Below are positions 29,268 to 38,660 of a stretch of DNA of 64,000 nucleotides, one piece after another (the first letter of the stretch is position 1; every line of letters starts with the position of its first letter). The stretch spans positions 32,001 through 96,000 of the forward strand of contig JBNKNM010000001.1 of NCBI GenBank assembly GCA_050293845.1, written 5' to 3'. The stretch is from Pseudobacteriovorax sp. (GTDB taxonomy: Bacteria; Bdellovibrionota_B; Oligoflexia; Oligoflexales; Oligoflexaceae). Below the pieces are notes generated by a model that ran no database searches, was not told the DNA's origin, and saw only the letters and a list, made by a program, of their open reading frames with translations. The position numbers were made by a program, and so were the translations under genes.

Positions 29268-30275
29268 ATGCAAAACTTAATTACCTACTCCATTATTATT
29301 CCTGTCTTCAACGAAGAAGAAAGCTTACCTCGTCTTTTTGAAAGATTACAAATCATACTGGACCAATTAGATGGTAGCTGTGAAGTTATTCTAATCGATG
29401 ATGGCTCCCATGATAAAAGCTTATCTCTTATGAAACAGTTTCATCGCCAAGATTCGCGCTTTTTGGCCATTTCCTTTTCGCGTAACTTTGGTCATCAGAT
29501 GGCTTTAACAGCTGGTCTAGACTATGCCCGAGGACGAGCGATCATCACTATGGACGCTGATTTACAGGACCCCCCTGAACTGATCTATGAGCTAGTGAAA
29601 AAGTGGCAAGACGGATATGAATTAGTATATGCGGTACGTCGCAGCCGAAATGTAGATCAAAGGTTTAAACGCTACAGTGCGATCGCATTTTATCACGTCT
29701 TACGATTTTTAGCCTCAATACAAGCTCCTGTGAACTCAGCAGATTTTCGTTTGATCGATCGTAAGGTTCTTCGGTCATTTCAAGAGCTTCGAGAAAAAAA
29801 CCGCTATATCCGGGGTCTTTTTTCATGGCTAGGCTACCATCAAACTGAAGTCTACTATGACCGAGAACCGCGCTATGCAGGAGAAACCAAATACCCATTG
29901 ATTAAGATGATCAATCTGGCTTTCGATGCCATTATAAGTTTTTCGACTCTTCCTCTTAAGTTGTGTATCACCATTGGATTTACAGTGTCATCCCTCGCCT
30001 TTATCTATGGAATTTGGAACATAGTCGCAAAAATGTTTGGAATAGGGACTTATGTTAGCGGATGGGCATCCCTAGCTGTGTTAATATCTTTTTTAGGAGG
30101 TATCCACATCTTCCTGATTGGCATTCTTGGCGAATATATTTCACGCATATACGATGAAGTGCGCGGTCGCCCATTGTATGTTATTCGTGAATTTGTTGGT
30201 GAATACCAGCGAGACTCACAAAAATCTTCTGAATATCCCCACGTATCAAGTCAAGCCTCTCAGCCTGTATTATAG
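29268..30275 (+). CDS. GT2 polyprenol-phosphate glycosyltransferase (GtrB/ArnC/YkoT-like)
   Basis: IIPVFNEEE, IDDGSHD, FSRNFGHQ, MDADLQDPP, DFRLIDR, two C-terminal TMs, GEYISRIY.EV..RP.Y. Confidence 0.93.
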   Translation: MQNLITYSIIIPVFNEEESLPRLFERLQIILDQLDGSCEVILIDDGSHDKSLSLMKQFHRQDSRFLAISFSRNFGHQMALTAGLDYARGRAIITMDADLQDPPELIYELVKKWQDGYELVYAVRRSRNVDQRFKRYSAIAFYHVLRFLASIQAPVNSADFRLIDRKVLRSFQELREKNRYIRGLFSWLGYHQTEVYYDREPRYAGETKYPLIKMINLAFDAIISFSTLPLKLCITIGFTVSSLAFIYGIWNIVAKMFGIGTYVSGWASLAVLISFLGGIHIFLIGILGEYISRIYDEVRGRPLYVIREFVGEYQRDSQKSSEYPHVSSQASQPVL

Positions 30276-30394
30276 TCTCAAGACTCAAATTACATAACTA
30301 TCTATATTTATTAAAATAAAGATATTTTCTAAGGATACTATCCCATACAAGTAGGGGGGTTGATAGAGGTAGAGATGACTTAACCTGCACAATT

Positions 30395-30590
30395 CAGATC
30401 AAACCAAGCTATGACGCGATCCAAAAACTTTGGCGAGTATCGGGTTATGTAGTCACAGAACGAAGGAGCTAGTACAACATGGCGGCTATCAACATCCTCG
30501 TAAAGCTTGCCAGCTATGGACGCCGCAAAATTCTCACCATCTACCCTGACACATCTGAGACAGAACTTAGACTTGCAAGAATGAGACACT
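30395..30590 (+). pseudogene. Degenerate IS5-family (IS903-group) transposase 3' remnant
   Basis: Across one stop and a frameshift: RSNQAMTRSKNFGEYRVM*SQNEG / AAINILVKLASYGRR. Resembles the recalled IS903-group tail RS-x-x-E-x-AM-x-R-x-K-x-x-FG ... Q-x-x-E ... NIL-N-K-x-x-x-x-G-x-P. Confidence 0.4.
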
Positions 30591-30884
30591 ACGTTATAAA
30601 AATCAACCGTATTTAATTGATATTACTACATATTTACAAAAAGATGTGAATCACTTGCAAGACGCAAGTTCACATCGAAATAAATTAAATAGCTATAGTA
30701 AGACCTGCACCGCAAAATTTACACCATCACATAAGTTGCAAGAGCATGGCTGATATCACTGCCACAGGAACGAAAGAAACAAAAAACTATTCCTTTTTCC
30801 CTAATAATTTTTATCCATGATAATCATGATTTTGCTATGCTACGGCAATTGATCCGGAAACCGCATTAGCTTAGGGATGATTCT

Positions 30885-32330
30885 ATGCTCTATTTTTGCC
30901 TCTTCTTTATAGCCTTTTATACTTCTCACTTATCTGCCTACACCCTTACAGAAATCTTGTCCCTCAGTCGCAAACATGCAAAAGAAGCACAACTGTTCTA
31001 TCAGGAAAAACAGCAAATAGAAGAGTTATCACGATCCCTGCAAAGTGCCTATGATAGCCAACTGCGCTTTGATTTTACCGAAACCAAGGATGACGGTTTA
31101 CTAAACCAACTCACCCAGGGCGAAAGACGTTATGGGATCAACAGAAAACTGGGGATTTCCCGCTACTTTCCTACAGGCACCACATTAAGCCTTAACAACG
31201 AATGGAATCAGCAAAAAGCCTATCTAAACTTTCCTACGAATCAAGCCAACTCCTTAAACCTTCCCCGTTTCAACCCCATCCATGAGTTTAAATATACCCT
31301 CACTATCCATCAGCAGATTTGGAAAAACCTCGGCGCAAAGCTTCTGACCTTACAAGAGCAAGTAAAGCAACTTGCCTCTATCACTCCCGAATACGAAGCT
31401 GAAATAAAATCCCAAGCGATCCAATTTGAAGCCGCAACCCTTTACTTCCGTCTGATATCTCTCAACCACACTTTAACTTTAGTGAGAGATCTTATTAAAG
31501 AGTCTCATAACTTCCTAAGCCTGATAAAGCAGCGACGCACCTTGGGTCGTTCTGATGATGTGGATGTCGCTAGTGCAGAAACTGAATTAATAAAAAGAGA
31601 AGGTCTAGAACTCGATACATTGATACAACGAGATTTGATTAAGACTAGGCTCGCTCATCTTACTTTAAAGGGCAGCAAAACATTTACAAAACCCTTCCCT
31701 CTAACCTTTCCCCGCCACTACCCAAAATATAATACTGAAAAGCTCGTAGAGCAGGCGAAAACAAGTCGGCTTGATATACAGCTTGTAGATCGCTTGCTTG
31801 CGAGCATCCCTATCGAGGAGTCCCTTGTATCTGAACAGGAAAAACCAGAAGTAAACCTCTATGCAAGCTTTGGAAAAAGAGGGCTTGGTAAAAATCTACA
31901 AGATGCGAATCGCGATCTCGATAACGGTACCTTAGAACTCTATGGATTGGAATTCGTCTGGAACTGGGAAAATCAGGGAACGGAGAGTCAAAGGGCCGCT
32001 CTGATGACAAAGAAAAATTCTCTGGATCTCCAAAAGCAAATTGCTCTGGACCAAACAGCACGAGATCTTGAGCTAGCAGTGCAAAAATTTAAAGGAAGCA
32101 GAAACCAGGAAGCAAAATTCTTCCAGCAAATCAGGTCCTTATCTAAAAAGATGCAGGCGGAACAGACCAAGTACCGGCAGGTACGAAGCGACCAAGCTGC
32201 CTTGAGTCGCTACCGCATCGAGATCATTATTGCTAAACTAGAAGAGTGGGAAGCCATTACTGCCAGTCGCCTCCATGCAAATGAAATCCGCTGGTTGACC
32301 CATGGATACCCAAGACAGTTTGTCCGGTAA
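30885..32330 (+). CDS. TolC-family outer membrane protein
   Basis: Signal peptide and two repeats of helical/beta OEP pattern (QQIWKNLG, YFRL, SRLDI, PEVNL, YGLEFVW). Confidence 0.75.
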   Translation: MLYFCLFFIAFYTSHLSAYTLTEILSLSRKHAKEAQLFYQEKQQIEELSRSLQSAYDSQLRFDFTETKDDGLLNQLTQGERRYGINRKLGISRYFPTGTTLSLNNEWNQQKAYLNFPTNQANSLNLPRFNPIHEFKYTLTIHQQIWKNLGAKLLTLQEQVKQLASITPEYEAEIKSQAIQFEAATLYFRLISLNHTLTLVRDLIKESHNFLSLIKQRRTLGRSDDVDVASAETELIKREGLELDTLIQRDLIKTRLAHLTLKGSKTFTKPFPLTFPRHYPKYNTEKLVEQAKTSRLDIQLVDRLLASIPIEESLVSEQEKPEVNLYASFGKRGLGKNLQDANRDLDNGTLELYGLEFVWNWENQGTESQRAALMTKKNSLDLQKQIALDQTARDLELAVQKFKGSRNQEAKFFQQIRSLSKKMQAEQTKYRQVRSDQAALSRYRIEIIIAKLEEWEAITASRLHANEIRWLTHGYPRQFVR

Positions 32331-32469
32331 CTCCATCACTCACTTGTAGGCAGGCGCATTAGTCTGCGCTTAGGAGTGCAAAATTGTGTCCTTCAAATGC
32401 TCATTGCAAGGTCAACAAACTATGGGGTAATGTGCTTGCCCAATACTATTCCAAAGTGAAGGGCGCGAT

Positions 32470-34785
32470 GTGGAAACTTTCAAGACACTAAACGGCGATG
32501 ATGCCAAAATAGTAGCTGAAGAAGAGTCATTTTTGCGCGAAATTCAAAATGACATTATGCAATCTTTTCAAAGGCGCCGAAATGATAGGGAACATGCCAG
32601 TAAAAGACTAGAAGGCCTTCGCGATGAAGCGGTCAAAGCCAAAGCTGACGATCTACCGGCCCTATTTGATCAAATGCATACCCAAAGGGCCCTGATGGAA
32701 AGGTCCCCCGAAGAAAAAATTCCCGAACCCTTGTCACCTTACTTCGCCCATATGCAACTACAAGAAAATGGCAAAATTAGGCATGTCTTTCTAGGGCGTC
32801 AAACCTATCTAGGCTATCGAAAAGCCCCTATTATCGATTGGCGACATGCACCGGTGGCCCGAATTTTCTTCAATTATCGCGAAGGAGACGAATACGAAGA
32901 GAAACTCCCAGGACGCCTCGCTATGGGAACTATGGTAGCACGTCGTATCCTATCCATTGAAAAAGGCAAGCTAGTTCAGATAGTTACACCAAAAAAATGC
33001 TACGCCCTCATGGAAAATGGATGGCACGTCAACGATGGTATGATGCTACCAAACCTCAAGGGTGGCGCAGGAACAGCCCGCCGCACCCAATCTATTGGTA
33101 CTGGCCAATCAGGTCGTCCTAGCCCTGATATCGCAGCCCTTCTAGATCCAGATCAATTCCGCATCCTCAACTCGCCATCGGATGATCCTCTTCTTATACT
33201 CGGTGGTGCCGGTTGCGGAAAAACCACAGTGGCCCTTCACCGCATGGCCTACCTCAATTATAAGAACCCCAAAAAATTTAATCCCAAAAGGATGGTAGTC
33301 ATCGTACCTGAGGAGGGTTTAGTAAGGCTCTCAGGGCGGTTACTCCAAGGCTTAGGATTAGGAAAGGTAGAGATTCTTACCTTTGATCATTGGATTAGCC
33401 GACAAGCGAGACAAATCATCCGCGGTCTCCCCAGAAAAGTTTATCCTGACACTCCAGGAAATGTCGTCCGCTTTAAGCGTCATCCAGCGATACGCGCAGC
33501 TTTTAAAGAATTAGTACAACAACAGGTCAATGAATTGGCTAAGCTTTGCGAGACAAAGCTACCTGGCTTTCGCCCTTTCTCCTCCCTGCTAAGGAATCGA
33601 GACGACTTATCTCTTCTGGAACGAATTCAACTTGCAGAACAGGAATACCTACAAAACTTGAAGGGAGCAGAAAACAAATCAAAGCAACAGCGAAGGAATG
33701 TCGTCCATAAATTTTTTGATGAAGTGCGCCGCGAGGCTATGGATGTTTGCCAGGATCGCTTGGACTTGTTCTCCAATCGCGATATGCTTCAATGGATTGT
33801 AAGCCACTCCCAGGGGCAACTTGCCCCCGTTGTCATCGATCAGGTTCTCAGCCATTCAGTCGAACAATTCGGTGATTCTATCCAACAGCGCCTTCAAAAT
33901 GTGGATTCTCAAAAGCTTGCGACCATTGATGGTACCTCTTTATTTGAGCAGGAAAGAGGTGAGGTATCGGGTACAATTGATAGCGAAGACTTTGCCATAC
34001 TATTGGAGCTTTACTTCTTTAAAAAGGGCCATGCTTCTTATCGTGGAAGTATTAAAGAGTACACTCATATTGTCATTGACGAGGCCCAAGATCTGGCTCC
34101 CTTAGAGAGAAATGTCCTTGGCCGTGCCCTAGCACCAGATGCGGCCATAACCATCGCCGGAGATTCTGCCCAGCAAATAGATCCATCGACCTCCTTTCAA
34201 TCATGGGAACATGTTCTTGACCAGCTAGGTGTGGCTCGGGTACATGCTAACCACCTGACAACAACTTACCGATCCACCGAGCCCATAGCTGCCTTTGCCC
34301 ACAAAATCTTAGGACCGTTTGCCCCACAAAGACCGCCTCTAGCGATCAAAGACGGTGCTCCGGTTAGCTTTTCAGTTTTCCGCAATGAGGGTCAATTAGC
34401 TCTGATGCTAAATGAAGCACTCACAGACCTTATCACTACAGAACCCCATGCCAGCATTGCTATTATCGCTAAAGAGTTTGAAACCTCACAGCGGCTATAC
34501 GAAGTTCTGAAGGATATTCCCAAAACTCGATTAGTTTATGGCGGAGATTTTGAATTCCGCCCGGGAATAGAGATAACAGAAGCAAGCCAAGTCAAAGGCT
34601 TAGAGTTTGATTACGTGATTATTCCCGATGCTAGCTTTGCCATCTACCACGCTAGCCCAGAGGATCGCCGCCTGATGCATGTCGCAGCAACCCGTGCCAT
34701 CCATCAGCTTTGGGTCATTGCTCTTATCGAACCCTCAGTAATTATTAAGGATATCATACCGAACACCTTAGAGGAGTTAACATGA
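32470..34785 (+). CDS. helD: HelD-like SF1 ATPase (RNA-polymerase recycling factor family)
   Basis: SPYFAH, IIDWRHAPVARIFF, ARRIL, DPDQF, GGAGCGKTTVALHRMAYL, VIDEAQD, GDSAQ, YRST, KGLEFD, VAATRA. Confidence 0.8.
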   Translation: METFKTLNGDDAKIVAEEESFLREIQNDIMQSFQRRRNDREHASKRLEGLRDEAVKAKADDLPALFDQMHTQRALMERSPEEKIPEPLSPYFAHMQLQENGKIRHVFLGRQTYLGYRKAPIIDWRHAPVARIFFNYREGDEYEEKLPGRLAMGTMVARRILSIEKGKLVQIVTPKKCYALMENGWHVNDGMMLPNLKGGAGTARRTQSIGTGQSGRPSPDIAALLDPDQFRILNSPSDDPLLILGGAGCGKTTVALHRMAYLNYKNPKKFNPKRMVVIVPEEGLVRLSGRLLQGLGLGKVEILTFDHWISRQARQIIRGLPRKVYPDTPGNVVRFKRHPAIRAAFKELVQQQVNELAKLCETKLPGFRPFSSLLRNRDDLSLLERIQLAEQEYLQNLKGAENKSKQQRRNVVHKFFDEVRREAMDVCQDRLDLFSNRDMLQWIVSHSQGQLAPVVIDQVLSHSVEQFGDSIQQRLQNVDSQKLATIDGTSLFEQERGEVSGTIDSEDFAILLELYFFKKGHASYRGSIKEYTHIVIDEAQDLAPLERNVLGRALAPDAAITIAGDSAQQIDPSTSFQSWEHVLDQLGVARVHANHLTTTYRSTEPIAAFAHKILGPFAPQRPPLAIKDGAPVSFSVFRNEGQLALMLNEALTDLITTEPHASIAIIAKEFETSQRLYEVLKDIPKTRLVYGGDFEFRPGIEITEASQVKGLEFDYVIIPDASFAIYHASPEDRRLMHVAATRAIHQLWVIALIEPSVIIKDIIPNTLEELT

Positions 34786-35438
34786 AGCTCATCGCCCTGC
34801 TTGCAGCTTTTTTTATCGATACACAGATAGCAAGGTCAGCGCAAAACTATTTTAACTTTGCCAATCAACCGTCCCACGAAATAGTTTTTGATGACATTGC
34901 AAAGACCAGTTTTGATAAAAAAGATCATAGTATCCATATGAAGGTCCTTAAGTCAGCTTCGGTACTTCTCTACCCTTTTTCCAACATAGTTAAGACTAAG
35001 GCAGTCAGTTTCGAGTGGAAATATCAAGGAACACTTAAGGTAAAAAGCAAAGCTCACCAAGCTAGTAAAGGAGGCGATGACGCCATACTACGAGTCGGTC
35101 TATTAGTAAGTGGGAAGCCCCCCTTGGTTCCGTTTTTTGCCCCATCATGGATAAAAAAAACGCAGCATATCCTCTTACAGCCTTCAAACAAGTTGCTTTA
35201 CCTGACTGTTGGCAGCGAATTTGATCCTGGCAATATTTGGGAGAGTCCCTACTCTTCAAGTATCCAAAGCATTGCTGTGGCTTCCAAGTCAAAAGCGGAT
35301 GGTTTTTTGTATTCATCACACAGATTTGCAAACTACAAGAAATTGGTAGGTTTATGGATCATGGCTGATGGTGATAATACAGGAAGCCAGTTTACTGTGG
35401 TGTTGCGGAACTTGCAGATTTACGAGTTGGCGGACTGA
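34782..35438 (+). CDS. Exported DUF3047-family protein
   Basis: Signal peptide, SAS, SFEWK, KGGDDAILRV, IMADGDNT. ATGA overlap with helD. Confidence 0.75.
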   Translation: MKLIALLAAFFIDTQIARSAQNYFNFANQPSHEIVFDDIAKTSFDKKDHSIHMKVLKSASVLLYPFSNIVKTKAVSFEWKYQGTLKVKSKAHQASKGGDDAILRVGLLVSGKPPLVPFFAPSWIKKTQHILLQPSNKLLYLTVGSEFDPGNIWESPYSSSIQSIAVASKSKADGFLYSSHRFANYKKLVGLWIMADGDNTGSQFTVVLRNLQIYELAD

Positions 35439-35732
35439 CTAGCTCTTTTGAAGATTTCTCTAAAAAGCCCAGTAAGGCCGTGGGAGGAGTTTATAGGGTT
35501 TCCTAGGCTACATTCTCTTACCCAGAACACCTCAGTCCGCCTATTCGCAGATGAATGATTCAATTTCTTACTGCAAGAAATTTTCCAAAACAACCCACTG
35601 ATAATTAGCTAATATGCTTGCATTGATAATGATTGTAGCTCACCTATGCGAATATCTTTTGGACAAATTATGAGTTTCTGTCATGATATTAGACAAAATA
35701 CTCAAAATAATTCAAGCTATTGAGGTTGCAGA

Positions 35733-36437
35733 ATGATTCATATTAAAAACATAATTTTGTGGCTTGTTGTTACCGGTTTGGGGAGTTGTGCGACCTACTA
35801 TCATGAAACCAGGGTTAATGTCTTGTCACCAACACATAAGGCTGATGAATTGATTATTATGAATTTTTCTAAAGACAAAGGGCTGAACAGTATGCAGCCG
35901 GGATGGTATAATATTTTCCCAAATGGCCAATCATCCAGAAGAAAAACGATTCCCTTTGTGGAAGTAGATGGCAAGTCATGTGCTGAGCTTAAAACTCGTG
36001 CCTCCGTGACTAATTTGTTTCGTGAAGTGGATATCCCTGTCGATCAGTTTCCTATACTATCGTGGGAGTGGAGTGTAGTCCAACACATTGCCAGTACTTT
36101 AGATGAACGCACCATAGAAGGAGACGATCACCCTATCAGAATTATCATCACTTTAGAAACCACATCTAACGCTCAGAAAGAGCTAGAGTTTGTCTGGGGC
36201 AACGAAATAACTGCCCCACAGTTGATTATGGTGGATGCATCACCGCGCTTCGTCGTAAGGGGTGGTACTTCTCGAGGCTGGTTCACTGAGCGTATTAATC
36301 TACTTGAATTATACGAAAAGTATTGGCCTCAGGAAGAGCCGATACGCATTACCGATATAGGTATTGCCAGCGATACCGATCAAACCCACAGCGAAAGCTT
36401 ATCCTATATTGCCAATCTGAGGGTTAGTCGCCTCTAA
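35733..36437 (+). CDS. DUF3047-family lipoprotein
   Basis: Lipobox LGSC, PILSWEW, DER...GDDHPIRI, FVWG, W.TE.INL...Y, SDTDQT. Confidence 0.8.
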   Translation: MIHIKNIILWLVVTGLGSCATYYHETRVNVLSPTHKADELIIMNFSKDKGLNSMQPGWYNIFPNGQSSRRKTIPFVEVDGKSCAELKTRASVTNLFREVDIPVDQFPILSWEWSVVQHIASTLDERTIEGDDHPIRIIITLETTSNAQKELEFVWGNEITAPQLIMVDASPRFVVRGGTSRGWFTERINLLELYEKYWPQEEPIRITDIGIASDTDQTHSESLSYIANLRVSRL

Positions 36438-36559
36438 GTGTCTCACTCCTTAGCAGGCGAAAATCGCCCATACGCCTGCCTTTCTTTTAAAATACGACAA
36501 TTGTTATTAGTTCTCCGATAACGGTAGTGGCATTCTACTTGCATACAATACATTGATAC

Positions 36560-37789
36560 TTGCTGATTGCTGTAATCTTGGAGCTGATAGTGATAAATTT
36601 TTCTTTGCGCTTCTGGTTCATTTCTATCTTATATTATGTATTAGCGCATGGAGCTACCTATGGTGCTGATATCAGCGGCCAACAGGTTCTTTATGGACAA
36701 TCGGGAGCTACCGTCGACGCCTTCCTATTGGACCGCCATCACCAGCAGGTGACATTTAGCGCCGATAATATAAGTGACCTAAACATCATTCCTGGGCAAC
36801 CCTATAAAGGAAACACGACAAACGTGGCCTATACCCATGTTTATGGCTGGACAGATCAGCTAACACTAGGAATATCCTTAGCTGCTATTAAAGAAAAGCT
36901 GTCCCAAGAATATCTCGATTTTGCTGCAGATCCCAAGACTCATTTACAAGGCGAAATATTTCTCAAATACCGGCTATGGCGAAGCCAAAATCTCACAATC
37001 ACAGCTATTCCTTTTATCGAGTCGGGATTTGCTAAGGCCAATCGTTTTAGTTACGGCTCCAAAACCCGTGTCGGTACACTGCTGAGTTCTAATTATCGTT
37101 TCGGAGTCCTAGACTTAGGCGTTAATCTGCACCTTAGATATCGTCCCGCAGCAATTCACGGTATCTACCGTGTCGCCAGCGACTCGGGTTTTAGCGTGCA
37201 ACCACGCCTCAGAGTTGCTGATCTTCAACTGTGGACTGAAATTTCCCAACGGAGTATTGCTATTCTTAATATCAACCATTCAAATAGTAATTACACGACA
37301 AGCAACACCCAGAATCTTGCAGTAGGGCTTCACAAACAGTTTGCATTTGGAAATATAGAATTCGGCTTCGCCCGATCCATACAACCTAACTCCTTAGGTT
37401 CGACTCCCCTGCGAGTGAATTTAGCCTATTCCATGGTCATTCAAGGATCTGATCCCAAGCCTAGCCCCCTCCATCAGTCGCCTTACGATGACAGTTTATC
37501 ACCGGGTCGTAAAATCTATTGGTTGGATCAATTGCGACGCCAGATGGTGAAGCGCAACACTAAATCCCTTAATAACTTCGAAAATTTCTCAATTAGCGGA
37601 GAAACGGTCCCTTCCGTCGATAACGAAGTATCAGTGGAAGAAGAAACAGCTAAGGCAGATCAAGAAATCAAACGCTTGCGAGAAGTGGAACAAAAAATGA
37701 AAAAGTACTCACGGCCTAAAGCCGACAGTCAACCGACCCCGTCGAAAGTAACTGCTCCAGCATTAATTCCTGTAAACGTAGACATTTGA
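36560..37789 (+). CDS. Outer-membrane beta-barrel protein with C-terminal soluble tail
   Basis: Signal peptide, alternating amphipathic strands ending LRVNLAYS, then Pro-rich linker and charged helical tail. Start uncertain. Confidence 0.55.
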   Translation: MLIAVILELIVINFSLRFWFISILYYVLAHGATYGADISGQQVLYGQSGATVDAFLLDRHHQQVTFSADNISDLNIIPGQPYKGNTTNVAYTHVYGWTDQLTLGISLAAIKEKLSQEYLDFAADPKTHLQGEIFLKYRLWRSQNLTITAIPFIESGFAKANRFSYGSKTRVGTLLSSNYRFGVLDLGVNLHLRYRPAAIHGIYRVASDSGFSVQPRLRVADLQLWTEISQRSIAILNINHSNSNYTTSNTQNLAVGLHKQFAFGNIEFGFARSIQPNSLGSTPLRVNLAYSMVIQGSDPKPSPLHQSPYDDSLSPGRKIYWLDQLRRQMVKRNTKSLNNFENFSISGETVPSVDNEVSVEEETAKADQEIKRLREVEQKMKKYSRPKADSQPTPSKVTAPALIPVNVDI

Positions 37790-37824
37790 GCCAAGCCTAT
37801 TATACAGCTTGACAATAAGACTTG

Positions 37825-37852
37825 TTGTCATTCCAGCTAAAAGCCCTAGTAT
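37825..37852 (+). promoter_or_regulatory. sigma70-type promoter immediately before the DUF2797 ATG
   Basis: TTGTCA-N16-TAGTAT, ATG 7 nt downstream, no SD. Confidence 0.4.
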
Positions 37853-37859
37853 CGGGCAT

Positions 37860-38660
37860 ATGAGTGAGATAATTCTTTCAAAAATGAAATCAGAGTACCG
37901 TGATGGAAAGGATGTCTTATATTACCTAGACACTCCTTCAGGTTTTTTAAACCTCAATCAACATATCGGCCATGATATAACATTCTCCTTTCAGGGTAAT
38001 GTTTTTTGCACTAGCTGTGGTAAAAAAGCTCGTAAAAGCTTTAACCAAGGATACTGCTACCCCTGTTTTCGGAGCCTAGCTTGTTGCGATATCTGCGTCA
38101 TCAAACCAGAGTTATGTCACTACAGTAAGGGAACCTGCCGAGAGCCGGCATGGGGGGAAGCCCACTGTCTGATTCCCCATACTGTCTACCTATCCAATTC
38201 GTCTGGCCTTAAGGTAGGTATAACCCGTGGAAAGCAGCCCATCACGCGATGGATCGACCAAGGGGCTAATGAGGCCATTACTATAGGATTCGCTGAAAGC
38301 CGTTTAGCAGCAGGTAAGGCTGAGGTTCTACTAAAACAGCGTTTTAAAGATAAGACTAATTGGCGCAAAATGCTTTCCGGTAGTGGTGAAACTGTCGATC
38401 TACTACAAGAAAAGCAAGAGGCATTAAATATATTAGGTGACAGCCAGACTATGGAACCAGTAGTCATGGAGCCTATTAGGATTCGCTATCCTATTCACAG
38501 ATTTCCCGAAAAAATCAAATCCCATAATTTTGATAAGACTCCTACTATCACGGGCCGGCTAGATGGTATCAAAGGGCAATACCTTATCCTCACTACAGGA
38601 GTCCTCAATATTCGCAAATTCGGCGGCTATTCTGTCAGTTTTTCTAGCACCTTAGATTGA
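37860..38660 (+). CDS. DUF2797-family Zn-finger protein
   Basis: LSKMKSE, CTSCGKK..KSFNQGYCYPC, CDIC..KPELCHY..GTCREP.WG, YLSNSSGLKVGITR, RWIDQGA, GIKGQYL. Confidence 0.9.
   Translation: MSEIILSKMKSEYRDGKDVLYYLDTPSGFLNLNQHIGHDITFSFQGNVFCTSCGKKARKSFNQGYCYPCFRSLACCDICVIKPELCHYSKGTCREPAWGEAHCLIPHTVYLSNSSGLKVGITRGKQPITRWIDQGANEAITIGFAESRLAAGKAEVLLKQRFKDKTNWRKMLSGSGETVDLLQEKQEALNILGDSQTMEPVVMEPIRIRYPIHRFPEKIKSHNFDKTPTITGRLDGIKGQYLILTTGVLNIRKFGGYSVSFSSTLD

Noticed and set aside
30380..30589. 69-aa minus-strand ORF
   Set aside because: No RBS or recognisable motif, and the opposite strand is better explained as an IS5 remnant.
32331..32469. Rifamycin-associated element (RAE) upstream of helD
   Set aside because: Only an imperfect GGCGCA/TGCGCT hairpin is present, with no recognisable RAE palindrome.
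35623..35643. Fur box upstream of the second DUF3047 gene
   Set aside because: Only the left half (GATAATGAT) matches, which is likely by chance in AT-rich DNA.
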